Assembly (NCBI GenBank): GCA_964016885.1
Contig: OZ024749.1
Location: 2,294,001-2,358,000, forward strand
Reading direction: 5' to 3'
DNA from: Eledone cirrhosa
Taxonomy: Eukaryota
DNA length: 64,000 bases
The position numbers were made by a program, and so were the translations under genes. The notes below the pieces were generated by a model, which was given only the letters and a program-made list of their open reading frames with translations, had not been told where the DNA came from and made no database searches. Shown one piece after another: positions 43,775 to 58,508 of the stretch (within the stretch, counting starts at the first letter, position 1; the number at the start of each line of letters is the position of its first letter).

Positions 43775-44140
43775 CCAATTACATATATACTTTATTCTAT
43801 TAAAAGAAGAACACATAAATAGAAATATAATGCTGTGAAGGTTGATCTAGGTAGACAATAGAAAGTTTTAGAGAGGCAGGCTTGTTAAAGACAATATAAC
43901 TGAGAATAAGGTACATCATAAAACTGTGACTACTGTTATTAGATGTCACAATAGATATATTAGACCTAACTACTTTACTATTCATTAAAGAGAAAAATGT
44001 TTCACATCACGTCTGAAGATGTCACTCAACCACGCCTGCTGCTGATCAAAGGAAACTAATTTCAACTTTCTTCTGGTCACTATCTGTTTCTGTCTGTCTG
44101 TCAGTATATATATAATATATATAGATAGATAGATAGATAA

Positions 44141-44181
<41 letters not shown>

Positions 44182-44544
44182 CAGACATATATACATACAT
44201 AGATATGTGTAAATGCATAGAAACATATCTATATTCATTGATACATAAATACACACCTAACACACCTGGTAGACGTATAGGGAAATCAGAAATGAGACAT
44301 GAGCCAGCATAAGTGTGTATTCCAGGATATTCCATCAGATATGACAAGTGTCAGCTTTTATATCTCCATCGTGTTGTTAGCAACAATATCGATTGTTTTC
44401 CTTCACAATGACAAACATTCCCATATGTATTGGCTTGGCCTGGCCAATAACAGCCACTCTTTTCCACCTGTGATCTGTGCATCCTCTACAACTGCAACTT
44501 TAAATGTTTTTGCTGGTTTCAATCATTCCGTGTGAGTCAAACAA

Positions 44545-44845
44545 CGGTGAATTGACAGAGTAGATAGAAAATCGGAGAGATTGATGCCCAGTGTTCCTCT
44601 AAACTCCCTGCCTTCTGACTCAATCTCCTTGTCTTCCGAGTTCAACAGCGCGGCTTTTCAGTTCAACTAGCTGTATTGTGGGTTCAACTCAGTGTTTCTA
44701 GTTTCAACTCCTTCTATTCCGAGTTCAATACCTGTGTTCCAAGTTCAGTTTCCTGTTTCTGAGCTCAACTCCCTGTGTTCAACTTGAACATTTATCATTT
44801 TGAGGTCGATAAATAAAGTACCAGTCCAAAACTGTGGTTAATATA
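44545..44845 (+). repeat. degenerate tandem repeat of about 20 bp (gagttcaactc...) inside an old S1-like SINE
   Basis: About 8 ttcaa-centred units at 44600-44785, preceded by a head-like ggtggaattgacagagtagataga and followed by gaggtcgataaataaagtaccagt. Confidence 0.6.
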
Positions 44846-45018
44846 ATCCCCACCTCTCTCTCTGCCTCTGTTTTCGTCCCTATTTCTACCGTCTGTCTCT
44901 CCTATTCTTCAAAGTTATTAATCTACTCTATCAAGTATTTATGGATTGAATTTACGTAATAAACTTTCAAGCAGATTTTGTCAAATCAGACTCATAATTA
45001 TACACGCGAACTCATATG

Positions 45019-45098
<80 letters not shown>

Positions 45099-45102
45099 TG
45101 TA

Positions 45103-45285
45103 AAAGGTAAACAGAAATAACAACACAATCGGCATGGTATATGGAAGGGATATATTAGGTTAACACTTGAAATAGCAGGAAGAGGGTTTTAACCTTTCGG
45201 ACGCTAGTCCATCATCAGAAGAAAGAATGCGAAATAATGTCTTTAGATAAAAATAACAGGTCCATTCATGTTGACATCTCTTGAT
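45103..45285 (-). mobile_element. family G element with hammerhead core (45194-45218), ending in (CA)n
   Basis: Minus strand: CTGATGA-t ggac tagc gtcc-GAAA. Confidence 0.8.
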
Positions 45286-45363
45286 ATATATACACACATA
45301 TAAATTTAGAATGTTATTTCTCGCTCTAGCACAGTTGATACATAAATGTAAGTATGCACACGT

Positions 45364-45438
<75 letters not shown>

Positions 45439-45559
45439 CACACACATACACACAAATACACACACACACACTCACACACATATATACACACACATATATA
45501 TATATATATGTAAATATTTGTGTGTGCCTACAGAGGCACACACACAGATCTTTATATTT

Positions 45560-45625
45560 CAAAATAAAGTACCAGTAATACACTGGTGTAATAGCTGGCC
45601 TTGTGCCAAAAGTAGAAACAATTAT
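45560..45625 (+). mobile_element. 5'-truncated S1 SINE
   Basis: aaaataaagtaccagtaatacactgg...gccttgtgccaaaagtagaaacaat. Confidence 0.85.
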
Positions 45626-46489
45626 CTGTATATACAAGGACATGTAGGAATTGTGACCTTACAAACAACATTTAGAACAATCCAGAAAAAATAAGGAAAA
45701 ATCGATAATGACTCACCAAATTTGTTATATATATATATATCGATATATATATATACAGATTAAGTTGCTCGGTAAATTATTTCCCACAATTGTTACACCA
45801 CAATCTGTGTAGAAGAGGTCTCCAGGCTAGGTGCCGCCTGTGGTAAAACTAGGGCCCAGTGTGTTCAATATTTCAAGGACGTTGTTAACAACATACTATG
45901 TCAACGTTATTGGACTCTATATATAATCCTTCCTCTCTTATTGTTGTTGTTGTTGTTGTTGTTGTTGTTATATGCGAATCCAGGAAAATAATCCGAAAAT
46001 TAATACGGTACAAAAAAGGTGCACATGGTACCGCAATGGTTGGCAAAAACTGGGAGGTTGTTTGTTGGTATGTATGTATGTATGTATGTATGTATGTATG
46101 TATGTATGTTATCTCTTTCTCTTAATTTCGAGTATATTTTTTTGACCGGCCACCTTCCTGGTGGCAAGGTTGTAAAAGAAAAGAAATTGTCATCCCTTGA
46201 ATCGCAAGAATGTTTTGCAAATTTTGAAGGTGCCAGCTATCGCAGCCATTTGTATGTATGTATGTATGTATGTATGTATGTATGTATGTATGTATCTATC
46301 TATGTATGTATGTATGTATGGATGTAGGTATGTATGTAGGTATGTATGTATATATCTATGTATCTCTGTATCTATATATGTATCTATATATGTATGTATC
46401 TATATATATGTATCTATATATATGTATCTATATATGTTATATATGTATGTATGTATCTATGTATCTATATATGTATATATATATATATG

Positions 46490-46520
<31 letters not shown>

Positions 46521-46747
46521 TATGTGTACCCCTCTCTGTTTCTGTGGGGGCGGGGGTGAATTTTAGAAAGGCAATTTCTCCTCCACCTGCGTTTGCTGTT
46601 GAAGCATTTCATGTAAATGAGGTGAAATCTACAAGTTTAATCTATTTCATTTCCTCGTTTATGTTAATCCCCTACCCCCACCAATCCCATCTTATCCTTC
46701 CTTCCGCCACCAACTCCCCCACATTTAGATGCCTTCAAGCGGACCTT

Positions 46748-47216
46748 TAGTGTGGGTGGCGCGGTTATAGTGTGGGTGGTGGTGGTGGAGTTATAGTGTG
46801 GTGGTGTTGGTGGGTTGGGGTTATAGTGTGGATGTTGGTGGTGGTGGTCGGTGGTTTGGTGGTGGGGTGATGAGGTTACAGTGTGGTGGTGGGGTTATAG
46901 TGTGGTGGTGGGGTTATAGTGTGGGGTGGCGTTATAGTGTGGTAGTGGTGGGGTTTATAGTGTGGTGGTGGTGGGGTTATAGTGTGGTGGTGGTGGTGGG
47001 GTTATAGTGTGGTGGTGGTGCTGGTGGTGTGTGGGCGGTTATAGTGTGGTGGAGGTGGTGGCGGTGGGGTTATAGTGTGGTGGTGGTGTTATAGTGTGCT
47101 GGTAGGGTTATAGTGTCGTGGTGATGGTGGTGGTAGGGTTATAGTGTGCTGGTGGGGTTATGGTGTGGTGGTGGCCGGGTGATAGTGTGGTGGTGTGGTG
47201 GTGGTGGGGTTATAGT
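46748..47216. repeat. G-rich minisatellite (ggggttatagtgt(ggt)n, unit about 20-30 bp)
   Basis: The ttatagtgt anchor recurs more than 15 times with a variable GGT number. Confidence 0.9.
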
Positions 47217-47445
47217 CGACGGATACTCATCTGTTTTCAGCCTCTAAAACACCGAGACACCCACTGAGTTTGTTGTTTAGTATTTTACCTTACCGTCTCT
47301 CTCTCTCTCTCTCTCTCTTTATCTATCTATCTATCTATCTATCTCTTTATAACTGCCCGTCTGCCTCTGTTTATCTCTGTTATTTTTATCCCTATCAGTT
47401 TTCGGTAAGTATAACCAAGAAAAAGAAACAACAAAACGAAAAAAG

Positions 47446-47549
<104 letters not shown>

Positions 47550-47686
47550 ATAAATAAAGATAAGATTAAGAAAACTGATACTTAAACCATTATATACACT
47601 ATGAAGGTTTATATCACCCGTAGATCTCTCTCTGCATGTATGTATATATCTACCAGATTATGTGTTGTGTGTAGGTGGGTAACGCC

Positions 47687-47736
<50 letters not shown>

Positions 47737-47767
47737 CATACCTATATATGTGTGTGTCTGTCATATA

Positions 47768-47817
<50 letters not shown>

Positions 47818-48673
47818 CTTGTACTAGAGTTGCACCACTGGAGGATTACACGGAACGAATGTATATATAGAGAGATGGTGAGAGGGAGAGATACATATAC
47901 ACAGTAGTTTGCCTTGTGTAGGATAGGCTGGTTAAGGGTTAAGGACGTGCAAAATAGGCTTAGTAGAATCACTTGAAACAAAACAAGTAGATCTTGAACC
48001 TCAGCAGCTGCCTAATCCAAAGACGTAATCCTCTGCTTTAAAATGGCCGACGGCAGTTTCATACAACGATACGAAACATGCTTCGTTCGTTAGTTTCTGT
48101 TGAAACCTTATGTTATGATGTTTTAAAAAGATAACGCATATATTTATATAGTACATGGTTTTATACATGACTAATATTCACACACATATATATATATATG
48201 TATATATAAATTAACGAGCTATCGTTTAAGGTAATCCAAGTAGAGATTATGAGAACTCTGTATCGAGGATAGTTTTAATGTTTGGCGTGGTTTGATTTAA
48301 CACGAAGTTTCCTCAGACCAGTTTAAGAAAGTTCTTAGGTAAGCGGTTCTTGGAGTAATAATAGTAAATGAGTGAAGAATAACATGGTCGGCTGTACAAT
48401 AGGGTTTATTTAAAGTATTAACAATTATTTCATTAGTCCGGTGTGTGAAAAAACCGCTGATCGCTAGAAGTCGCGTCACTCGATTTTAATGACAGTCGAT
48501 ACCCGGCCAAATCTTCAGAATACTGATCTGTGTACATGATACAGTGCGCTACTATTTATAAATACACGAACAAATAACAATAAGAAGGAAGGTGTAGTGA
48601 TGAGACACACCGGACTAATGTAACATTTGTTTATACTTTGAATAAGTCCTATTGTACATCCGATCAGGTCATT

Positions 48674-48776
<103 letters not shown>

Positions 48777-49344
48777 GTCAAATATCTGGTTGGAAAATAT
48801 TTTCCTTCGAGCCTCTTTTCTTCCTTTCCTGGCAGTTCTGAGGCACTGACGATCGCCAGATATATTGCCGTTCCCTTCCATGATTAAATAATCAAGATGG
48901 TGTATTCCTTAATACTGTAGACATCTATATTACAATGCTAATAATCAATGAAGGCATTTATTCGATTAGTTCCGACACCCAAGCATGATAAAGTGAATGT
49001 AATCAAGAGATCAGGCTTCGATTTCATTTTAGCAGCAACAGACGTCTTTTTGTGAATGGATGCTAACCGAGACAGGAGGTAAACTCCGGAAATAAAGTGA
49101 TAGAACTGACCTGCATAAAAACTATGTTATTCCACATATTGGACTAAAATAATTGTTTCATTTTTCTAACATAAACAATTCTTTTGTTGTAACTTGACTT
49201 TGACGTGAAGAAAAGTATTTTCCAACCAGATATTTCATCTGAATGTTTGCAACACATCAAAATCCGTTAAAGGCCACGAAAAACCAGGTGATGATCTTAC
49301 TCGATAATATCTACTGGTCAAAAATCATGATATCATGCCCCCCC

Positions 49345-49608
49345 CCCCCCAACTCACAGCTAGGTGATACCATGGCCACCTCATCCCACCCCTCACGGCC
49401 AGGTGATACCATGACCACCACCACCCCAACTCACGGTCACGTGATACTATGAGCAACCCACCCCCCTCACGGCCAGGTGATACCATGGCCACCCCGAACC
49501 CCTCACGGCCAGGTTATACCATGTCCAGCCCCCACCCCCCCACGACCAGGTGATACCATTACCACCCCCACCCCCCTCACGGCCTGGTGCTACCATGAAC
49601 ACCCCTGC
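49345..49608. repeat. minisatellite, unit about 37 bp, 7 copies
   Basis: ggtgatacc-like anchor at 49363, 49402, 49440, 49476, 49512, 49549 and 49586. Confidence 0.9.
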
Positions 49609-49724
49609 CAACCCTATTTCTAGTGAGATCTGTCTACACGCAAATTGTAAATAATATATAATAAATAAAATAGTTAATTTATAACGAATAATATAATATA
49701 CACTATGTATAAAGAAGGGACGAA

Positions 49725-49778
49725 GACCGCTGGAGAGAACTCGACCATGGATCGCGGGAATTTTACCCGCCCTAGATA
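49725..49778 (+). mobile_element. extreme 5'-truncated copy of the RTE 3' end at 24678-24730
   Basis: gaccgctggagagaactcg.ccatggatc.cgggaattttacc.gccctagata. Confidence 0.9.
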
Positions 49779-50246
49779 TATAAAGAAATATATAGGTAAT
49801 ATGTATTATTTGATATTTAATATACTATTATATCATTTCTACCTCCCACACCATTTGGCCCAAGGCCGCTCTTGGGGGCTGTAGTACCTACTTTGAGAAC
49901 CTCTCGTCTTAACAAATACCACAAGGCATCTAATAGTTCCGTTAAATTAACCTCCTCTGTTGGCCATACTATATTTATACTTTATTTCATCGACGAGGGA
50001 GGTGTTGATTTCATGAAGTTTATATTCATTTTACGGTTACATGTTTCTTTTTAAACTTGGTTGCATTTACTTTTGAAATATTTTCTTACTAAAAGTAAGA
50101 AAACCATCCTAACCAATATATATCAAATTATGAACTGAAGAAATAAGAACCGACCTGCTGCCAAACCATTAATATACTAACAAACCTTTCATTTAGGGTT
50201 ACATATTCAAAGGCAATTTACTAATTTTTAAATATTTTGAGCCATG

Positions 50247-50288
<42 letters not shown>

Positions 50289-50830
50289 ATGTGTGCGTGT
50301 GTGTATATATATATATATGTATATATATATATAATTGATATGAAAACATTAATCGGATAAATCAATATTTAATCATATACTCGATTTCGTTTTAAAGAAT
50401 TTCAATGTATTCTGCAAGGCGTTAACTTTAATATTTCAGGAATGTTAATGATATTGTGTGATAAATCCCATAACTTCTATCATTTTCTTTGCGGGAGCGT
50501 TATCGCAGTAAATAAATTGAGATTCCTTTAAACCTGAAATAGGAAATTGTTCAATTTCCCTAAAGAAGGATCTTAAATGTTCTTTAATGTTTCAAGATTA
50601 ATGTTATGAGATATATAAAACCTTTAATACTGGTTCAGTTTTTAATGTATACCCGAGTAGAATTTAATTCTTAGCCTTATAGAAAAGAAGAAAATCAGTA
50701 AAATGGAATACGTTGTTTTTATTTTAGAAAAATAGGTTAAATTATACAAGGAACAGAGACTCGGCTCTCTGCATTCTCAGATCAAATGATGCTGTAGTCA
50801 ACTCTGCCTTCTATATATATATATACATAT

Positions 50831-51969
50831 ATAGGAACAAGTATGACCCCGGCGGCAGAGCTCAAGCCATTTTGACGGCTATTTCTGGACTAAATAAGAA
50901 TTTTTAGCCTGGTAAATAAATAGCCGAACTTCTCAGAGGGTATTTCCTTATATGGGAAGATAGTAATTGTCAAGAGGATGGTCAAAAATTTTTTGTAACG
51001 ACAGATAAATCTATCATGGCTTTTGTAGCCTCAGTACCCCCTCCCCCCTAATTTTAAGATATAATTGACCGATTACGCTTTTTATAGCAGATGTGTTAGA
51101 CCCCAGTAAATTTTTTTCTTTATGGTTGCTGCTCCATTTCTATGGAGCGGTATTTTTGTATTTGTATTTTTGTATTAGTATTTTTGTATTAGTATTTTTG
51201 TATTAGTAGCTTTGTCTTAATAATTTGTATTAGTATTTTTGTAGTAATATTTTAGTATTTTTGTTCTCAACTTATTTACCTGTCATTGTAAGATAGCATT
51301 GGCTGATTACTAACTATCTATAGCAGCGGTGTTAGAACCCTGTAAAGCCGGCTTTATAAAATTCTTTCACTACAATCTCGTATTTAGTATTTTTCCTATT
51401 CTCCACCTATTAAACTTTTCTATAGCTTAGCAATACCAATGAAAAATTTGATGATTGTAGAAATGAAGTAGTAACCAGAAATTGTTTTTATATATTTATT
51501 TCCTTATTTTTATAATTTTATTTTTACTCCCTTTCGAGTTACCTATTCTTCACCCCCTCCTCTTCTCCAGTATCTTTTTTCGACCTTTTATACACTATCC
51601 TTAGAATCTGCTGTATAGATTTCACTTTCAACGCTTCTCTGGGTTTTCCCCACTCCCTCTTTGTTCTACCGGCAAGTTCGCTCACCCCTACCTCCCACCA
51701 AATGCCATGATAGATTTATCTGTCTTACAACAAATTTTTGACCAATCCTCTTGAAAATTACTATCTTCCCATATAAGGTAATACCCCCTGAGAAGTTCGG
51801 CTATTTATTTACCAGGCTAAACATTCTTATTAGTCCAGAAATAGCCGTCGAAACGGCTTGAGCTCTGCCGTCGGTGTCATACTTGTTCCTATTACCCACT
51901 CTACTACCCTAAGTATTGAGTAATTTGGTGCGTTATGGTCCATCTGGTTCCTTACCACAATTCCTTCGT

Positions 51970-51970
<1 letters not shown>
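50831..51970. mobile_element. largest family B fold-back
   Basis: Inverted arms at about 50831-51020 and 51704-51892 around a spacer of about 680 bp; tail at 51893-51970; (TA)n flanks. Confidence 0.9.
51783..51877 (+). ncRNA. variant hammerhead with extended stem II (family B)
   Basis: acccc-CTGAGAA-gtt cggctattt...aaatagccg tc-GAA-acggc ttgagctct gccgt-c-gg(t/g)gt: stems I-III and a GUC site are present, but box 1 is CUGAGAA rather than CUGAnGA. Confidence 0.65.
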
Positions 51971-52000
<30 letters not shown>

Positions 52001-52631
52001 GAAAGCGCTGAAGTTTCATTTACATGCACTTAGTTTTTTATCGTATATGTATAATGTGAGAGATTCATCTATCCATCAAAAACCACATACCTTTGAAGAG
52101 CGTAGAAATATGAATGAACATAAGACAATAGGGACCTACGGTGGCAGGCAGAGGTCCCCTGGGTATACATATATACATCACATATGCAAATATAACTAAC
52201 AAATTCTCAGAATCTTCCGGGAGAAGGAATATATAAAGATACATATATGGACACAGACCCAAGAAACTGCCTTTACTCTGAAAATTTTCAGCTGCAATAT
52301 TTGACAATATATTTTGATATAACAGATGTGATAGATGGTTAATAAGTTCGCGCCCAAATCATAATATCTAGGTTTCGATCCCATTACTTGGTTCATACTC
52401 TATTGCAGAGGGAGAGGGTTGTTCGATTAATCCTCACATAATCTGCCAGGCTTATTCGATACGGAAGTCACAGTAACCGAACACATAACACCTTTGGAAG
52501 GTACATAGTGTAGTGGTTTGTTTGGTTCAGGATGTTCCCGCTCACCCCTGTTTTCTTTCAGTAGGATATTTAATGTTATGTTACTCCCCCCATTCAACTG
52601 ACACACACAAAGCATATATACATATATATAT

Positions 52632-52681
<50 letters not shown>

Positions 52682-52899
52682 CCATATTAGTAGATATTTT
52701 TGTTTTTAGGCATGTTCAATATATATTTTGTATATATAAAACACATATCAGTTTATAATATTTATACATACACAGTACATGTATATGTAGATATCTATAC
52801 AGTTAGTACAAATATGCATGAGTGTATAACACTCATTCTCTCTCTCTCTCTATATATATATATATGTGTGTATGTGTGTGAGTATGCAACTATATGTAC

Positions 52900-53336
52900 A
52901 CAATACATACATAGAAACATATATACGTACATACCTACACACATACATACATACATAGATACGTACATACATAGATACATACATACATACATACATACAT
53001 ACATGCATACATAGATACGTACATACATACATAGATACATACATACATACATAGATACGTACATACATACATACATGCATACATACATACATACATACAT
53101 ACATAGATACATACATACATAGATACGTACATACATACATACATGCATACATACATACATACATACATACATACATACATACATACATACATAGATACGT
53201 ACATACATACATAGATACATACATACATACATACATAGATACGTACATACATACATACATACATACATACATACATACATACATAGATACGTACATACAT
53301 ACATACATACATACATACATACATACATACGTACAT
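52900..53336. repeat. (TACA)n with periodic tagatacg interruptions
   Basis: Direct reading of the sequence. Confidence 0.95.
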
Positions 53337-53719
53337 AATTATATAAATGTCTTTAAGCATTTTTTTCGATTTAATGTTCGCATTTAATTAGAATATTAAA
53401 AAAAACTAATAACGATGGAACTCACAACAAACTGCTGTTTCGATCCATGGCGCTTTGTCTATTTTGAAAGCAGCACATTAAGTTTTAATGTAGGAAATTT
53501 AGAAATTATGATAGCATAACATTACAGCGATCTGGCAGCAATTAAGATGTTTTATATGAACAAAAGAGAAACTATTTATATTATAAAGTGGCATATTAAA
53601 CTTATTGAATCCTTGATATATGTACACTGGCCAATTGCAGGCTTTAAACTTTTTTTGTTCTTTCATGATTTATCTGTCGCTATTATTTTTTAAACTCTGC
53701 GTAAAACATACACATACAT

Positions 53720-53834
<115 letters not shown>

Positions 53835-53976
53835 TATATATATATATGTATATATATTTACACACATATAATAATAATACAAGGACTAATGATTACTGCC
53901 TTTTTTACGTTTATGAATATATATATATTTATATAAATATATGTATATACATATACATATATATATGTGTGTATGC

Positions 53977-54036
<60 letters not shown>

Positions 54037-54577
54037 TAGTGTGTGTGTGTGTTTGCGTGAGTGCTTGCATGTATGTATATTTAGTGTGTGTATGTGTGTG
54101 AGTATACAAGTATATTTAAGTTAAGACTGTAAATGACAAGCCCATATCAGTTATCCTCAGATATGAGAAACTATATGAAACTTCCACGAGAGATATAGGA
54201 CAGAATCAATTACGCCAATGAAAATTATGAAGTTGGGTGTCATGTGATATTTGACGTCATCGGGCTGTATTAATACATATGTTTCCGCGCTGTTAAAATA
54301 TGAAACTGCACACTGGTGATCGGATTTTGGCGACTTTAATCGAACCCACTCTGTTTAATTATCACATATTCAGGAGAAAGGGAATTATTTTTAGATCCAT
54401 CACCGTTCCTCAACATCAGTGTGGAATGAGGGTATATCTAAACCGGCCGTATCCGACCACAATTCTCTCCCCTCTTTCTGTTCAAACTGAACATAACCGA
54501 CTGGTCATATTTATATTAAGCTATTTTTTCTCCAAAAACATTAAAATCTCGTAGATTCGATATTATATGAGATAATT

Positions 54578-54760
54578 GTTTCTACTTTAGGCACAAGGCC
54601 AGCAATTACACAGTACATTACTGGTACTTTATTTTATCGACCCCGTAAGGATGAAAGGCAAAGTTAACCTCGGCAGGATTTGAACTCAGACTGTAAAGGG
54701 ACGTAACTATGCTAGAAAGCATGGCGTCCGACCCTCTACCGATACTGCCAAACCACCGCC
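54578..54760 (-). mobile_element. young full-length S1 SINE with a TSD of about 20 bp
   Basis: cgatattatatgagataatt at 54558-54577 and 54761-54780. Confidence 0.97.
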
Positions 54761-54984
54761 CGATATTATATGAGATAATTATGCGAGATGACGCCTTTAC
54801 CATGAAAATACAATAGTATATATAGCGTAATGTCCTAAAGGGTTACATCTAAGACCAAGACTGAATGCTTGCATTAGACTAGACTCCACTAAAGGCAGCA
54901 AATTCCTAGAAAATGGTGTTAAAGAGGGTAACGGGTTAACTCTACCATCCATCTTGTCAAATAATGAAAGGCAATCTATCCTAA

Positions 54985-56295
54985 ACACTAGTCACTCCAC
55001 CTACACTAGTCACTCCACCTACACTAGTCACTCCACCTACACTAGTCACTCCACCTACACTAGTCACTCCACCTACACTAGTCACTCCACCAACCTACAC
55101 TAGTCACTCCACCTACACTAGTCACTCCACCTACACTAGTCACTCCACCAACCTACACTAGTCACTCCACCTACACTAGTCACTCCACCAACCAACACTA
55201 GTCACTCCACCTACACTAGTCACTCCACCAACCTATACTAGTCACTCCACCTACACTAGTCACTCCACCTACACTAGTCACTCCACCTACACTAGTCACT
55301 CCACCTACACTAGTCACTCCACCAACCTATACTAGTCACTCCACCTACACTAGTCACTCCACCTACACTAGTCACTCCACCTACACTAGTCACTCCACCT
55401 ACACTAGTCACTCCACCAACCTACACTAGTCACTCCACCTACACTAGTCACTCCACCTACACTAGTCACTCCACCAACCTACACTAGTCACTCCACCTAC
55501 ACTAGTCACTCCACCAACCAACACTAGTCACTCCACCTACACTAGTCACTCCACCTACACTAGTCACTCCACCAACCTACACTAGTCACTCCACCTACAC
55601 TAGTCACTCCACCAACCAACACTAGTCACTCCACCTACACTAGTCACTCCACCAACCTATACTAGTCACTCCACCAACCTACACTAGTCACTCCACCTAC
55701 ACTAGTCACTCCACCAACACTAGTCACTCCACCTACACTAGTCACTCCACCTACACTAGTCACTCCACCAACCTATACTAGTCACTCCACCTACACTAGT
55801 CACTCCACCTACACTAGTCACTCCACCTACACTAGTCACTCCACCAACCTATACTAGTCACTCCACCTACACTAGTCACTCCACCTACACTAGTCACTCC
55901 ACCAACCTACACTAGTCACTCCACCTACACTAGTCACTCCACCAACACTAGTCACTCCACCTACACTAGTCACTCCACCTACACTAGTCACTCCACCAAC
56001 CTATACTAGTCACTCCACCTACACTAGTCACTCCACCTACACTAGTCACTCCACCTACACTAGTCACTCCACCAACCTATACTAGTCACTCCACCTACAC
56101 TAGTCACTCCACCTACACTAGTCACTCCACCTACACTAGTCACTCCACCTACACTAGTCACTCCACCTACACTAGTCACTCCACCTACACTAGTCACTCC
56201 ACCAACCTATACTAGTCACTCCACCTACACTAGTCACTCCACCTACACTAGTCACTCCACCACTCCACCACTCCACCAATCTACACCAGTCACAA
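54985..56295. repeat. 18/22-bp satellite array (about 1.3 kb)
   Basis: Unit acactagtcactccacct, with variants carrying a caac insertion or a tatactag substitution. Confidence 0.98.
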
Positions 56296-56621
56296 CTTTC
56301 AATATGTTTTATTATTCAGGGTAAGTAAAAGTCCCAGTCGCCATCTTAACATATTTCTGTTGAATGAAAGAATGTTTCAATATGAAAGTCTTGTAAACAA
56401 AGTATAATTGGTGTGGGTGGGGGGATGGTATAGGAAGTTGGCTGGAGTTATTAGGGAATTATTATTAGGGAATATAGGTTAACCCGATCAAATGTAAGTA
56501 TGATCCCGTAAATCCTGAGTCGTAGGGGTCATTTTAAACCTGGCGGAGCTCATCCCACCCAGGCCTGAGTACAGCAGATTTCTTCCAGAGAGAGGAAGAA
56601 TCGACCCCAGTATTAAACTGG

Positions 56622-56797
56622 ATTGGCAGTATCGGTAGAGGGTCGGACGCCATGCTTTCAAGCATAGTTACGTCCCTTTACGATCTGAGTTCAAATCCCG
56701 CCGAGGTTGACTTTGCCTTTCATCCTTACGGGGTCGATAAAATAAAGTACCAGTAATGCACTGGGTAATTGCTGGCCTTGTGCCTAAAGTAGAAACA
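56622..56797 (+). mobile_element. young S1 SINE with a 13-bp TSD, inserted into an older SINE
   Basis: A-box-like tggcagtatcgg, B-box gagttcaaatccc; TSD agtattaaactgg at 56609-56621 and 56798-56810. Confidence 0.97.
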
Positions 56798-56896
56798 AGT
56801 ATTAAACTGGTACCATTTTATCGACCTCGAAAGGATTAAAAGCTAAGTTGACCTCAGCGGGAGTTGAACTCAAAGAGCTGAGAGCCGGGACGAATG

Positions 56897-58508
56897 CCGT
56901 TCTAACCACATTCTAATGACGTTCTAACCACTCTACCATTCTATCTGACGTTCTAACCACTCTACCATTCTATCTGACGTTCTAACCACTGTCATTCTAT
57001 CTGACGTTCTAACCACTCTACCATTCTATCTGACGTTCTAACCACTACCATTCTATCTGACCTTCTAACCACTCTACCATTCTATCTGACGTTCTAACCA
57101 CTCTACCATTCTATCTGACGTTGTAACCACTCTACCATTCTATCTGACGTTTTAACCACTCTACCATTCTATCTGACGTTCTAACCACTCTACCATTCTA
57201 TCTGACGTTCTAACCACTCTACCATTCTATCTGACGTTCTAACCACTCTACCATTCTATCTGACGTTCTAACCACTCTACCATTCTATCTGACGTTCTAA
57301 CCACTCTACCATTCTATCTGACGTTCTAACCACTCTACCATTCTATCTGACGTTCTAACCACTCTACCATTCTATCTGACGTTCTAATCACTACCATTCT
57401 ATCTGACGTTCTAACCACTCTACCATTCTATCTGACGTTCTAACCACTCTACCATTCTATCTGACGTTCTAACCACTCTACCATTCTATCTGACGTTCTA
57501 ACCACTACCATTGTATTTGACGTTCTAACCACTACCATTCTATTTGACGTTCTAACCACTCTACCATTCTATCTGACGTTCTAATGACTCTACCATTCTA
57601 TCTGACGTTCTAACCACTCTACCATTCTATCTGACGTTCTAACCACTGTCATTCTATCTGACGTTCTAACCACTCTACCATTCTATCTGACGTTCTAACC
57701 ACTACCATTCTATCTGACCTTCTAACCACTCTACCATTCTATCTGACGTTCTAACCACTCTACCATTCTATCTGACGTTGTAACCACTCTACCATTCTAT
57801 CTGACGTTTTAACCACTCTACCATTCTATCTGACGTTCTAACCACTCTACCATTCTATCTGACGTTCTAACCACTCTACCATTCTATCTGACGTTCTAAC
57901 CACTCTACCATTCTATCTGACGTTCTAACCACTCTACCATTCTATCTGACGTTCTAACCACTCTACCATTCTATCTGACGTTCTAACCACTCTACCATTC
58001 TATCTGACGTTCTAACCACTCTACCATTCTATCTGACGTTCTAATCACTACCATTCTATCTGACGTTCTAACCACTCTACCATTCTATCTGACGTTCTAA
58101 CCACTCTACCATTCTATCTGACGTTCTAACCACTCTACCATTCTATCTGACGTTCTAACCACTACCATTGTATTTGACGTTCTAACCACTACCATTCTAT
58201 TTGACGTTCTAACCACTCTACCATTCTATCTGACGTTCTAATGACTCTACCATTCTATCTGACGTTCTAACCACTCTACCATTCTATCTGACGTTCTAAC
58301 CACTGTCATTCTATCTGACGTTCTAACCACTCTACCATTCTATCTGACGTTCTAACGACTCTACCATTCTATCTGACGTTCTAACCACTCTACCATTCTA
58401 TCTGACGTTCTAACCACTCTACCATTCTATCTGACGTTCTAACCACTCTACCATTCTATCTGACGTTCTAACCACTCTACCATTCTATCTGACGTTCTAA
58501 TGACTCTG
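56897..58508. repeat. 29-bp satellite with a 657-bp higher-order repeat, inside an S1-related SINE (56600-58520, minus strand)
   Basis: Unit ttctaaccactctaccattctatctgacg; the variant cactGTCatt recurs at 56991, 57648 and 58305. Confidence 0.97.

Noticed and set aside
56622-56710. tRNA genes at S1/S2 heads
   Set aside because: A and B boxes are present but there is no complete cloverleaf; they are followed by a SINE body and flanked by TSDs.
54985-58508. CRISPR-like arrays
   Set aside because: The units are contiguous with no unique spacers, there are no cas genes, and the context is eukaryotic.
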